64,000 bases of DNA from an uncultured SAR86 cluster bacterium (GCA_902535365.1 CACATF010000001.1:68077-132076), one strand, 5' to 3'. Counted from the stretch's first letter, positions 34,805-44,829 are shown. Numbers and translations are program-made. The notes: generated by a model from the sequence alone, not told the origin.

Positions 34805-35101
34805 ATGAAAAAATTCATAACTATAGCACTAAGTTTTTTAATTTCTTCCTGTGCAGCATCTCTTGGAAATACAGACAATATGCAAAGAACAGTTGTCTCT
34901 AACCTTACACCTGAATACGCATGTATCATTAACCACCACTATTCCCATCATGGGGAAGAAGTGCCAACAGACATTAGAGTGTATCTTGAAGTCACAGATA
35001 CCAATTGCGAGACTATAGGCAAGCACTCAGAAAAAAAACCAAAGAAAGCTGAGAAGCCAGAAGAGGAAGAAGAGTTAATTAAGAAAAAAAGGTTTTATTA
35101 G
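34805..35101 (+). CDS. Small lipoprotein with His cluster and Lys/Glu-rich tail (98 aa)
   Basis: MKKFITIALSFLISSC lipobox, the segment NHHYSHHGEE and the tail KKPKKAEKPEEEEELIKKK. The upstream part of track ORF 34625 is discounted. Confidence 0.55.
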   Translation: MKKFITIALSFLISSCAASLGNTDNMQRTVVSNLTPEYACIINHHYSHHGEEVPTDIRVYLEVTDTNCETIGKHSEKKPKKAEKPEEEEELIKKKRFY

Positions 35102-35382
35102 GTCAGCCTATAACACTCAATAGATTCTGCCTGTTCTTTATACAAAAATTTTTCCCTTTGTCTTGTATCGTTGTCCCATTTGAGGGTGGCAGAAGCTTGC
35201 CATATGTTATGTTTGAGTTTTTTTACATCGATGCGATATTTGTAATTTGGTTCATTAGCATATTTCGCTAATCTTCTTTCACAGTCCCGCTTTATGCTGG
35301 CTTTTGAAAAAAAATCATGTACCGAAGTCTCGTCTTCTTTTGTGACCCCTATGCCTAAATTCAATCTGAGTAGCTCAAACAT
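35098..35382 (-). CDS. Hypothetical protein (94 aa)
   Basis: ATG-initiated ORF convergent with the lipoprotein gene (4-nt overlap). No family recognised. Confidence 0.4.
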   Translation of the reverse strand: MFELLRLNLGIGVTKEDETSVHDFFSKASIKRDCERRLAKYANEPNYKYRIDVKKLKHNIWQASATLKWDNDTRQREKFLYKEQAESIECYRLT

Positions 35383-35484
35383 TTTATGTAAATATTAAAA
35401 ACACATTATATGATCATTTATTGAACATATCTACGGTGTTTTATAAGTGCTTAACAACCCGCTATGTGGTAAATTAAGCATGTG

Positions 35485-36573
35485 ATGAGAATTGGGGTTC
35501 CTGCCGAAATAAAAAATAATGAACACAGAGTTGGGTTAACGCCTGAATCAGTTTATGAGCTTTGTTCTGCCGGTCTCTCAGTCAACATTCAGTCACAGGC
35601 TGGTAGTGCTATTGGTTTCACAGATCAAGATTATCAGCAATCTGGAGCAACCATCTTATCCTCTGCATCAGATGTTTATGAGTCATCAGATCTGATCGTC
35701 AAAGTAAAAGAACCTCTGCCAGAAGAATTTAAGTTTTTATCACCAGACAAAACGCTTTTTACATACCTGCACTTAGCTGGCAACAAATCACAAGCAGTGG
35801 AACTAATGAATACCGGAGTAACAGGCATCGCTTATGAAACCGTCACTTCTTCGGATGGATCATTGCCGCTTCTGGCTCCAATGAGCAAAATAGCAGGCCA
35901 AATTAGTGTTGTGGTTGGACAATATTTCCTGCTCAAACCCAATGGAGGTATTGGAACGATTCTTGGTTTAGTTGAAAACATCGAGCGACGAGTTGTTACT
36001 GTGATTGGAGCAGGCGTTGCTGGTACGGAAGCAATTAAAAAAGCAATTGCCAACGACGCACACTTAAAGATATTAGATCTCTCACAAAAAAGATTGGACG
36101 AACTCAAAGAACAATTTGGCACCAACAACATTGAGTATATTTTATCGGATAGCAGCTCAATATCTTCTGCTTTGGAGGCATCAGATTTAGTGATTGGCTC
36201 TGTGTACGTTCTGGGCAAAGAAGCGCCTAAAGTTATTACCGAAGAAATGATTAAAAAGATGAAACCAGGTAGCGTGTTGGTTGATATTTCAATTGATCAA
36301 GGCGGGTGTATTGAGAGCAGCAAGCCGACTACGCACGATGCTCCTGTTTTTAATAAACATGGTGTTGTGCACTATTGTGTAACTAATATGCCTGGCGCAG
36401 TACCACTCACAGCCACCCTTGCTCTAAACAACGCAACACTACCTTACGTAAAAGCATTGGCCACTCAAGGAGTTGATGAGGCCCTTAAAAATGATAGCCA
36501 CTTATTTAATGGGTTAAATATTAAAAATGGTGAGGTTGTTAACCCTGCTGTAAAAGAAGCACTTGAATCATGA
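35485..36573 (+). CDS. ald: Alanine dehydrogenase
   Basis: MRIGVPAEIKNNEHRVGLTP start, NAD motif VIGAGVAGTEA and AlaDH/PNT family length. The ATG at 35485 is preferred over the GTG at 35482. Confidence 0.93.
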   Translation: MRIGVPAEIKNNEHRVGLTPESVYELCSAGLSVNIQSQAGSAIGFTDQDYQQSGATILSSASDVYESSDLIVKVKEPLPEEFKFLSPDKTLFTYLHLAGNKSQAVELMNTGVTGIAYETVTSSDGSLPLLAPMSKIAGQISVVVGQYFLLKPNGGIGTILGLVENIERRVVTVIGAGVAGTEAIKKAIANDAHLKILDLSQKRLDELKEQFGTNNIEYILSDSSSISSALEASDLVIGSVYVLGKEAPKVITEEMIKKMKPGSVLVDISIDQGGCIESSKPTTHDAPVFNKHGVVHYCVTNMPGAVPLTATLALNNATLPYVKALATQGVDEALKNDSHLFNGLNIKNGEVVNPAVKEALES

Positions 36574-37511
36574 ATAGGCTTTTATTTTATGCGCCACTGG
36601 GCTTGTCATTTTTATTTTTCATTGTCTACGTATTGCTAGCTGCGAATACTAATTTCATCTCTGTTGAGGCTGGATACGCAATCGGCGAGGTCTCTAGGTG
36701 GTGCGAAAGAATTAGTGATAGCTATTTTAGAGAACAGTCTAATGCATTAAGCAACATAGGCTTTATGACAACCGGATTGATTATGTTCTGGATACTAGCA
36801 CGTGAAACAAGAATTAGTGGAAGTAGATTTCATGGTAGCGCCCCCACAGCCATTCTTTATGCGGCAACAGCATGGTTTTTAGGCCCAGGATCGCTTTTAA
36901 TGCATGGCACACATACAACATGGGGCCAATGGGCAGATTGGTTAAGTATGATTATGTATATTTCTATTCCCTGGCTAGTAAATTTATTCACAACCAAAAA
37001 CTGGAGAGAAAGTTTGTTTATTAAGACTTACTTGATCATAGTTGGGCTGTATGGTTTTCTAAGTTGGCACCTAGGAACAGGGCTAGGAATAAATTTCAAT
37101 TTTTGGTTTTTATCCATAGCTTTGTGGGTCATCACAGAAGTTCTGCAAAGTCTCTACACCCCAATCATAAGAATTTTATCGGGTTTTGTTGGCATAGGTG
37201 TTATGTCAGTATTTGGTGTCTTTCCAAATGAGATCTTTACAAATCTAGATCAATATTGGTGGATTGCTCTTTTTTGGATACCGGCAATTTTTATCAATAA
37301 AAAAAGCGATTATTCAAAAAGATATACCCCTTGGTTTTGGTTAGGTGTTTTCTTTTATGTATCTGCATTTATTATTTGGCTGCAAGGCTACCCAGAGCAA
37401 CCACTTTGCAATCCTGACTCAATTTTTCAACCACATGCAATGTGGCATTTACTATCTGCGTGCGCAACATTCTCATTTTTCTTTTTCTTCAGAACAACAA
37501 AACTAAGGTAG
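36570..37511 (+). CDS. Seven-TM alkaline-ceramidase-like (CREST superfamily) putative hydrolase
   Basis: Motif pattern E-x2-N-x2-SN (REQSNALSNIGF), a mid His cluster (LMHGTHTTWGQWADW) and C-terminal HAMWHLLSA, as in the ceramidase/PAQR-type family. ATGA coupling to ald. Confidence 0.5.
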   Translation: MNRLLFYAPLGLSFLFFIVYVLLAANTNFISVEAGYAIGEVSRWCERISDSYFREQSNALSNIGFMTTGLIMFWILARETRISGSRFHGSAPTAILYAATAWFLGPGSLLMHGTHTTWGQWADWLSMIMYISIPWLVNLFTTKNWRESLFIKTYLIIVGLYGFLSWHLGTGLGINFNFWFLSIALWVITEVLQSLYTPIIRILSGFVGIGVMSVFGVFPNEIFTNLDQYWWIALFWIPAIFINKKSDYSKRYTPWFWLGVFFYVSAFIIWLQGYPEQPLCNPDSIFQPHAMWHLLSACATFSFFFFFRTTKLR

Positions 37512-37523
37512 TATCATATAAAG

Positions 37524-37820
37524 ATGAGAAGTTTAGGTTTAGGTTTTGCTTATTTGTGCATTTATACGACTCCAATTCAGATTGGCTTCATCATTTGGCA
37601 ATTATTTATCATCTTTACAACTGATTACACTTTTTTAGACATGTCCACCAAAGAGTTCCTAGTTGATAACCTTAAATTTCTTCATGACTGGATTTACTCA
37701 TGGTTCTGGAATGCTTTTCTTGATTTTTTTTATCAATTCCCAGCTGTTGTAATGAGCACCCTTAAAACTGTCGTTAATTATTATTTGGGCTTTTGGTTAT
37801 TAGGCAAATTTAAAACATAG
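37524..37820 (+). CDS. Hypothetical membrane protein (98 aa)
   Basis: ORF with aromatic-rich hydrophobic spans. No family recognised. Confidence 0.4.
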   Translation: MRSLGLGFAYLCIYTTPIQIGFIIWQLFIIFTTDYTFLDMSTKEFLVDNLKFLHDWIYSWFWNAFLDFFYQFPAVVMSTLKTVVNYYLGFWLLGKFKT

Positions 37821-37824
37821 TTTA

Positions 37825-38529
37825 ATGAGAAGAGCTGCCTTTCTATTATTTTTAATCTGTTCCTTTGTTAGAAGTGAGTTGATGGATGAACTGACAGCAG
37901 AAGAAGATGTATTTAAAGCAGGCCTTAAGTTGGTTGGTCTTGAAAAGGGCCTTCACTTGCTGGAAGACCATCCGGCAGAGAAAGATGAAGTTGTAATAGC
38001 AATACATGGTGTTGCAACACTTGGCTATGAGTGGGTGTATCCGCTTAGCAAGCTCGATACAGAAACAAATATAGTTGCTTTTTACCGATGGGCTCCAGTC
38101 TCGACATCTTGTTCTACACACGAGGCAGAAGAGTTAATCAAAGCAATTAACAATGATCTCAATCAATATTCTAAAATTAAATTAATTGGCCATAGCGCAG
38201 GTGGTTTTCTTGTTTCAAACATACTTGATTCAATTGAAACCGACCGAAAGATAGAGGCGCATATTATTGCTTCACCACTGAAAGGCACTAAGCCACTCAA
38301 TGAGCTTTGTGGTTACTCACCATTAGAAAATCTCAAAGATAATGTTGTCTTATATGAATGGCGAACCCAAAAAAAACTAGATGCTGTTTATAAGCTGATG
38401 CCTTTCGACCCTCAGATAGTAGAAATTGAGGGAAGCATAGTTACACGCTTGCCTGATAAATATAAAAACAATAGACTAGGTCATAACTGGTCAATCAGTT
38501 GGGTTGTTGACCACATTTCAAAAAAATAA
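37825..38529 (+). CDS. Secreted alpha/beta hydrolase (lipase/esterase-like)
   Basis: Signal peptide, an oxyanion-region IAIHGV and the nucleophile elbow GHSAGG. Confidence 0.6.
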   Translation: MRRAAFLLFLICSFVRSELMDELTAEEDVFKAGLKLVGLEKGLHLLEDHPAEKDEVVIAIHGVATLGYEWVYPLSKLDTETNIVAFYRWAPVSTSCSTHEAEELIKAINNDLNQYSKIKLIGHSAGGFLVSNILDSIETDRKIEAHIIASPLKGTKPLNELCGYSPLENLKDNVVLYEWRTQKKLDAVYKLMPFDPQIVEIEGSIVTRLPDKYKNNRLGHNWSISWVVDHISKK

Positions 38530-38531
38530 TT

Positions 38532-39506
38532 ATGCTTCCAGAAATTTTAAAAAATAATCTCTCTGTTCCTGTTGTGGGTGCACCTTTGTTTATCATCTCA
38601 AGACCAGGCCTTGTTATTGCACAGTGTAAAGCTGGCGTTGTTGGATCTTTCCCAGCTTTGAATGCTAGACCTCAGGAGGTTCTTTCAGACTGGATAAAGG
38701 AAATCAAAGATGAATTGGGTCAATACAAAGAAGACAATCCTGAAAAACCCGTAGCACCATTTGCAGTCAATCAAATATGCCACTTGAGTAATGATAGGCT
38801 CTTTCAGGATGTTGAAACTTGTGTAAAACACGAAGCACCAATAATTATTACATCTCTTAGACCGCCTGAAGATTTAGTTAAAGCAATTCACAGTTATGGA
38901 GGACTAGTCTTTCATGATGTTATAAGCACTCGCCATGCCCAAAAAGCAGTTGAACAAGGCGTTGATGGATTAATCTTAGTTTGTGCGGGAGCTGGTGGAC
39001 ATGCTGGAGCTTTATCACCATTTGCGCTCTTAAGAGAAACACGAGAATGGTACGATGGAACAATACTTTTATCTGGTGCAATTTCAGATGGTTACTCTGT
39101 TGCTAGTGCTCTAGCTATGGGAGCGGACCTCGCATATATGGGTACCAGGTTTATTGCAACCGAAGAATCAGAAGCCGATGATGATTATAAACAAATGCTT
39201 ATCGACTCAGCTGCAAAGGATGTTGTTTATACAAACTATTTCAGTGGCGTGCATGGCAACTACCTATCACCATCTGTTGAAAAAGCAGGCATGGACCCAT
39301 TAAATCTGCCAGATGCTGACAAATCAAAAATGAATTTTAATTCTGGTGGAAATGCTGAAAAGAAAGTTTGGAAAGATATCAAAGGCTCTGGCCAAGGCAT
39401 TAATTCAATCAAAAGTTCTCCAAAAGTGGCTGATCTTGTTGAGCAAATCACGGGTGAATTTCGTTCAGCTAACCAGGAATTCAAAAATAAAGCGGACAAC
39501 TATTAA
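38532..39506 (+). CDS. Nitronate monooxygenase family flavoprotein (NMO/FabK-like)
   Basis: TIM-barrel FMN oxidoreductase pattern (GAGGHAG, GTRFIATEES). 324 aa. Confidence 0.85.
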   Translation: MLPEILKNNLSVPVVGAPLFIISRPGLVIAQCKAGVVGSFPALNARPQEVLSDWIKEIKDELGQYKEDNPEKPVAPFAVNQICHLSNDRLFQDVETCVKHEAPIIITSLRPPEDLVKAIHSYGGLVFHDVISTRHAQKAVEQGVDGLILVCAGAGGHAGALSPFALLRETREWYDGTILLSGAISDGYSVASALAMGADLAYMGTRFIATEESEADDDYKQMLIDSAAKDVVYTNYFSGVHGNYLSPSVEKAGMDPLNLPDADKSKMNFNSGGNAEKKVWKDIKGSGQGINSIKSSPKVADLVEQITGEFRSANQEFKNKADNY

Positions 39507-39558
39507 AAATACAAGTTGAGCCAATTTATTAGTAATAAGATTCAAGTATAATAACCTT

Positions 39559-40347
39559 GTGGAAGTAGCTGCATTTGTCATTTCAATCTTTGCTTTAGTT
39601 TTTGCCCTTATTGGTATGGGTTTAGCTATGCGAGCTTTATATATACTGGGTGTGAATGCTGGTTTAGATAAACAGTTTGAAGAAAAACCCAACCCAACCC
39701 CAGCAGCTGTAAAAATTGAAAAAGAATTTAAAAAGCCACTAAGAGTCGAGGGAGATAAAATTATCTATAACGATGATCCTTTGATTTATGTTATCGAAGA
39801 TTTCATTTCGTCTGATGAGTGCGATCACTTCGTTGAGGCGTCAGATTCTAAATTAGAAAGAGCTAAAACTATCGGAGGCAAAGATGGGATCTATCATGAA
39901 AATAGAACAGGAAGTAATTGTTGGATACCACACAGCCATTCCACTACCACAAGAGAAGTGGGTCAAAGAATTGCTGATCTGATTGGCTTCCCTCTGCGCA
40001 ATGCCGAATCATATCAAATTGTTTATTACACTGGCGGTACACAATATAACGATCACCACGATGCATTTAATGATGAAACTGAAGAAGGCAGGAAACATCT
40101 TAAAAGAGGTGGCCAAAGAATATACACAGCAATTGCTTATCTAAATGATGTTGAGGAAGGCGGAGCCACAGAATTTAGAGACCTAAATATATCTGTCAAA
40201 CCAAAGAAAGGATCAATATTGGTTTGGAAAAATGTCCTTCCTGGAACAACAAAAGTACACCCACTTTCACTGCATGCAGGCAGGCCTGTTACAGGCGGTG
40301 AAAAGTATGCATTCAATCTTTGGTTCAGAGAGAATAAGTTCGTCTAG
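39559..40347 (+). CDS. Membrane-anchored prolyl 4-hydroxylase-like 2OG-Fe(II) oxygenase
   Basis: N-terminal TM (GTG start). P4Hc-like core with an HxD (DHHDAF), a distal His (LHAGRPV) and a 2OG-binding Lys (EKYAFNLWF). Confidence 0.75.
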   Translation: MEVAAFVISIFALVFALIGMGLAMRALYILGVNAGLDKQFEEKPNPTPAAVKIEKEFKKPLRVEGDKIIYNDDPLIYVIEDFISSDECDHFVEASDSKLERAKTIGGKDGIYHENRTGSNCWIPHSHSTTTREVGQRIADLIGFPLRNAESYQIVYYTGGTQYNDHHDAFNDETEEGRKHLKRGGQRIYTAIAYLNDVEEGGATEFRDLNISVKPKKGSILVWKNVLPGTTKVHPLSLHAGRPVTGGEKYAFNLWFRENKFV

Positions 40348-40350
40348 TCA

Positions 40351-42522
40351 ATGGACGTATCCAATATCTTAAATGATCTTAATGATGCTCAGCGTCAAGC
40401 AGTTACATCTGAATCTCAAAAGCTTCTTGTTCTGGCTGGAGCTGGGTCTGGTAAAACTAAAGTACTTGTTCATAGGATAGCTTGGCTAATAGAGGCATTA
40501 TCTAATTCAACTCACAGCATTCTGGCAGTTACTTTTACTAATAAAGCAGCGAGTGAAATGACAGGCAGAATTGAATCTATTCTTAATCAGCCAATCCCTG
40601 AAATGTGGTGCGGCACCTTTCATTCAATCTCAAACAAGTTACTGAGACGTCACTATGCTGAGGCTGGTCTTGAAAAAGATTTCAGCATTTTAGATAGCGA
40701 TGACCAGTTAAGGGTGATTAAAAGAATTCTAAAAGAGCTAGAGTTAGATGATGACCAATGGCAGCCTGAGAAGGTTAGATGGCAAATTAATAATTGGAAA
40801 GATGATGCGCTTCGACCTAAAGACATAGATGACAAGGGTGATTTTAACCTTGAGATGTTAAAACGCATATATGCCCAATATGAAGCCTATATGAAAAGAG
40901 AAAACCTATTAGATTTTGCAGAGCTTATCCTAAGGTCTTATGAGCTAATAAGAGACAACGCTGACATTAGAAAGCTTTATCAAAATAAGTTTAGAAATGT
41001 GCTGATCGATGAGTTTCAAGACACAAATGCTATTCAATTTAAATGGATTAAAAATCTTGTAGGAGAAAAATCAACACTAACCGCTGTTGGAGATGATGAT
41101 CAATCTATTTACGGGTGGCGGGGAGCAAAAATTGAAAATATTAATAAGTTTGCTAAAGAAAAAGAAACAGAAATTGTAAGACTAGAACAGAATTATCGAT
41201 CAACTGGAAATATTCTTAATGCAGCCAATGCTGTTATTGGTAAAAACTCTAACCGATTAGGCAAGAAGCTCTGGACAGAGGGCAACGACGGCGACAAGAT
41301 CGATATTTATGAAGCATATAATGAGCAAGAAGAAGCGAACTTTGTTGCTGAAAATATTCATAAAATATTTGACGGAGGCGATCAATACAAAGATACAGCT
41401 GTTTTATACAGATCTAATGCGCAGTCCAGAACCATAGAAGAGTTCCTTCTAAGACAAGACATACCTTATGTCATATATGGTGGGGTAAGGTTCTACGAAA
41501 GAATGGAGATTAAAAATGTCATTAGTTATTTAAGATTGATAGTAAATAGAAATGACAACACAGCTTTTGAAAGAGCCATAAGCGTTCCACCACGAGGCAT
41601 TGGTGAGAAAACTATTGCCAATATCAGGGCAAGCTCTCAAGAACAAGAAATATCATTGTTCCAGGCATCGAAAAACATGCTGAAAGACGGCTCTTTGAAA
41701 GGAAAGGCGTCAGCTTCAATGGAGCAGTTTACTAATTTTATTGAAACATCTGCAGAACAAATTAATGAGTTCAGTTCTGAAGAATTTGTGGAGATGGTGA
41801 TCTCAAAAAGTGGGCTAATTGACCACCACATGAAAGAAGCTGGAGAAAAGGGAAGAATTAGAGTTGAGAATATTAATGAATTAATATCAGCAGTTAAGTC
41901 CTTTGAGTCCGCCAATAAAGACGAAGACATGTCGGATTATGATAGCTTCATTGCCGCGTTTCTTAGTTCTGTTTCTTTGGATATGGGTGAAACACAAGCC
42001 TCAAAGTCTGATGATGCTGTTCAACTAATGACCATACATTCCGCTAAAGGACTGGAGTTTAAATATGTCTTTCTGGTTGGCATGGAGGAATCATTATTTC
42101 CTCATTCCAGATCAATGGATAATCTTAATGAACTCGAGGAAGAGAGACGATTGTGCTACGTTGGTATAACTCGTGCTCGTTTCAAGCTATTTTTAACTTA
42201 TACTGAATTTAGGAGACTTTATGGTCATGAATCATACAACCCTCCCTCCCGTTTTATCAATGAGATTCCTAATGAACATATTGAGTTTCTAAGACCAAAA
42301 CAAACATACAAAAACAGTTACTTTGCATCAGCTTCATCTGTTACCTCAAACAATGAAAGTGCGCCTTATAATCTTGGTGAATCTGTGCATCACAAAGTAT
42401 TTGGCGATGGTGTTGTTTTGAGCGTTGAAGGCAATGGTGATGCAGCAAGGATACAGGTAAGCTTTTCTCAGGTTGGAACAAAATGGCTGGTTGCATCGTA
42501 TGCTAACTTAGAAAAAATATGA
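40351..42522 (+). CDS. uvrD: DNA helicase II UvrD
   Basis: SF1 motifs AGAGSGKT, TFHS, DEFQDTN, YRS, VGITRA and others. 723 aa. Confidence 0.93.
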   Translation: MDVSNILNDLNDAQRQAVTSESQKLLVLAGAGSGKTKVLVHRIAWLIEALSNSTHSILAVTFTNKAASEMTGRIESILNQPIPEMWCGTFHSISNKLLRRHYAEAGLEKDFSILDSDDQLRVIKRILKELELDDDQWQPEKVRWQINNWKDDALRPKDIDDKGDFNLEMLKRIYAQYEAYMKRENLLDFAELILRSYELIRDNADIRKLYQNKFRNVLIDEFQDTNAIQFKWIKNLVGEKSTLTAVGDDDQSIYGWRGAKIENINKFAKEKETEIVRLEQNYRSTGNILNAANAVIGKNSNRLGKKLWTEGNDGDKIDIYEAYNEQEEANFVAENIHKIFDGGDQYKDTAVLYRSNAQSRTIEEFLLRQDIPYVIYGGVRFYERMEIKNVISYLRLIVNRNDNTAFERAISVPPRGIGEKTIANIRASSQEQEISLFQASKNMLKDGSLKGKASASMEQFTNFIETSAEQINEFSSEEFVEMVISKSGLIDHHMKEAGEKGRIRVENINELISAVKSFESANKDEDMSDYDSFIAAFLSSVSLDMGETQASKSDDAVQLMTIHSAKGLEFKYVFLVGMEESLFPHSRSMDNLNELEEERRLCYVGITRARFKLFLTYTEFRRLYGHESYNPPSRFINEIPNEHIEFLRPKQTYKNSYFASASSVTSNNESAPYNLGESVHHKVFGDGVVLSVEGNGDAARIQVSFSQVGTKWLVASYANLEKI

Positions 42523-43118
42523 TCAAAGTAGAATTGCGTGAGCTTGGAACTATTGAATATCAAGCTTGTTACAACCAGATGATTGGACTTATTAATGAAA
42601 GTCCAAAGTTTCATTCTATTTGGGTTCTGGAGCATGAGCCAGTTTTTACCCTGGGTATTAGTGAAAAAGAAATACAAGAAAATCTCGATCATAATCCACC
42701 GATCGTCAAGACGGACAGAGGTGGAAAGATTACTTACCATGGTCCTGGCCAGCAAGTTTTTTACTTTATTTTTGATTTGAAACAATTGCCTTTTAAGCCA
42801 TCTGAGCTAACAAAAAAAATCCTAGAAACCACAAATCAGTGCTTTCATGATATTGGTTTGGATTCAACCATCAATGAAAAAGACCCTGGAATTTACGTAA
42901 ATGGTGAAAAGGTCGCATCTATTGGCATGAGAATTAAAAAAAACTATTCATACCATGGAATTAGCATTAACTTTGAAACAGATACAGCAACATTTAACAC
43001 TTTCAACCCATGCGGCCTAGATGTTAAGGCTTGTAATTTGGTAGATTACATAAATATAGATAAAAAAGAGCTTATTAATAAACTAAAAACAAGATATATA
43101 GAGCTCACACAAACATGA
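42519..43118 (+). CDS. lipB: Octanoyltransferase LipB
   Basis: Motifs [12 protein letters not shown] and KVASIG. Located before lipA with ATGA overlaps. Confidence 0.9.
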   Translation: MIKVELRELGTIEYQACYNQMIGLINESPKFHSIWVLEHEPVFTLGISEKEIQENLDHNPPIVKTDRGGKITYHGPGQQVFYFIFDLKQLPFKPSELTKKILETTNQCFHDIGLDSTINEKDPGIYVNGEKVASIGMRIKKNYSYHGISINFETDTATFNTFNPCGLDVKACNLVDYINIDKKELINKLKTRYIELTQT

Positions 43119-44083
43119 AAGATATTATTCCAACAGTAAAGATCATTAACCATGCTGGTGTGCAGTCAGTTAAAGATGGCATGAAGGCCAATGCGTACTC
43201 ACTTGTTGAAAGAGAGAAGAAACCAAGTTGGATAAGAATGACAGCAAATCAGGCAAATAAGAATTACACACTTATAAAAGACAAAGTGAAGGATTTGCAA
43301 CTGAGCACAGTATGTGAGGAAGCAAAATGCCCTAACCTATCCGAGTGTTGGTCTAGGGGTACAGCCACCTTCATGTTGATGGGCGATACATGCACCAGAG
43401 CTTGCCAATTTTGCTCAGTGAATACTGGGAACCCAAAAGGTTGGTTAGACAAGGAAGAGCCTGATAAGGTGGCAAACACAATAGCCCAGATGGACCTGAA
43501 ATACATTGTTCTGACTTGTGTGAACAGGGATGATATTGCAGATGGTGGGGCTCAACATTTCGCCGATACTGTTAATGCAATCAAAAATAAAAGCCCTCAA
43601 ACAGAAGTTGAAGTTTTAACCTCTGATTTTAATGGCTCACGAGATGCTATCCGCACTGTTGTTGAATCGCCAATTAAAGTTTTTGCACAAAATGTTGAAA
43701 CAGTTGAGCGACTAACACATCCAATCAGGGATCCAAGAGCAGGCTACAAAAAAACACTAGAGGTTTTGAAAGCTGCAAAAGAAATTAACCCAAACATAAT
43801 TACTAAGACAAGCATTATTCTCGGTTTAGGCGAAACAGATGCAGAAATATATCAGACATATGAAGATCTAAGAGCACATGATGTTGATATTGTTACCCTT
43901 GGACAATACTTGAGGCCAACACTAAATCATCATCCAATTGATCGATGGGTAACGCCTGAAGAATTTGAGCAATATCGTCTCGAGGGCTTAAAGCATAACT
44001 TCCTTGAAGTTATCTCAGGACCTATGGTAAGGTCTAGCTATAGGGCAGAGAGGGCACTTGATTTTAATAATGCAGGATTATAA
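43115..44083 (+). CDS. lipA: Lipoyl synthase LipA
   Basis: Radical-SAM CxxxCxxC (CTRACQFC) plus the N-terminal [12 protein letters not shown] cluster. Confidence 0.95.
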   Translation: MKDIIPTVKIINHAGVQSVKDGMKANAYSLVEREKKPSWIRMTANQANKNYTLIKDKVKDLQLSTVCEEAKCPNLSECWSRGTATFMLMGDTCTRACQFCSVNTGNPKGWLDKEEPDKVANTIAQMDLKYIVLTCVNRDDIADGGAQHFADTVNAIKNKSPQTEVEVLTSDFNGSRDAIRTVVESPIKVFAQNVETVERLTHPIRDPRAGYKKTLEVLKAAKEINPNIITKTSIILGLGETDAEIYQTYEDLRAHDVDIVTLGQYLRPTLNHHPIDRWVTPEEFEQYRLEGLKHNFLEVISGPMVRSSYRAERALDFNNAGL

Positions 44084-44085
44084 AA

Positions 44086-44829
44086 ATGATTGTTATTTCA
44101 CCAGCAAAAAGACTAGATAATAAAAAAGCAGATTCTAGCTTGCCAGTAACAGAACCAATTTTTAAGGATGAGGCTAAAAAACTTGCCTCTGAATTATCCA
44201 AACTAAACTCAAACCAGTTGGGAGAGCTCATGGGGGTGAGCGAGGCTATTGCAGAGCTTAATGTGGAGAGATATAAAAACTGGGGCAAAGCACAAAGCCC
44301 TGAGACAAGAGCAATATTTCAATTTGAAGGCGATGTTTTTAAAAATCTAAATGCTAGAGAGTTTGCTGCTGATGACGAAAGCTATATGAATGATAATTTA
44401 AGAATTTTATCAGGCATATATGGTCTTCTTAAACCATCGGATGCTATGAACCCCTACAGATTAGAAATGGGAACAAGACATCAGTTTGGAAATGATCATA
44501 GCTTATACGAGTTTTGGGGAGCAAAAATTGCCAATGCACTAAATGCAGATATTGGCGATGGATTGTTATTTAATCTGGCTTCTGAAGAATATTTCTCTTC
44601 AGTTAAAAAATATTTAGATAACGATAAGGTCATAAACTTTAGGTTTTTATCAAATGTTGCTGGTAAAGAAAGAGTTGTTGGTGTTATTGCAAAACGTGCA
44701 CGTGGTGCAATGGCAAGATTTTTGATTACAAATCGCGTCAAAGATACAGAATCTATAAGCAATTTCTCTGAATTAGGTTTTAAGTTTAAAGACTTTGAAA
44801 AGAACTGCTTTACCTTTGTTAGCTCTTAG
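44086..44829 (+). CDS. yaaA: Peroxide stress protein YaaA (UPF0246)
   Basis: MIVISPAKRLD start and family-typical length and pattern. Confidence 0.85.
   Translation: MIVISPAKRLDNKKADSSLPVTEPIFKDEAKKLASELSKLNSNQLGELMGVSEAIAELNVERYKNWGKAQSPETRAIFQFEGDVFKNLNAREFAADDESYMNDNLRILSGIYGLLKPSDAMNPYRLEMGTRHQFGNDHSLYEFWGAKIANALNADIGDGLLFNLASEEYFSSVKKYLDNDKVINFRFLSNVAGKERVVGVIAKRARGAMARFLITNRVKDTESISNFSELGFKFKDFEKNCFTFVSS

Noticed and set aside
35397-35442. Inverted repeat AAAACAC...GTGTTTT with an internal ATGATCAT palindrome upstream of ald.
   Set aside because: The arms are short and AT-rich with a long spacer of about 31 nt. No cognate Lrp/AsnC-type regulator gene is adjacent. This is too weak to call an operator.
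36794-36809. parS half-site CACGTGAAACA (36799..36809), and a similar tgaaacacgtgaaagg at 8257..8272 in dnaN.
   Set aside because: Only one half of the palindrome matches; the left halves have 5 or more mismatches. These are unlikely to be ParB sites.
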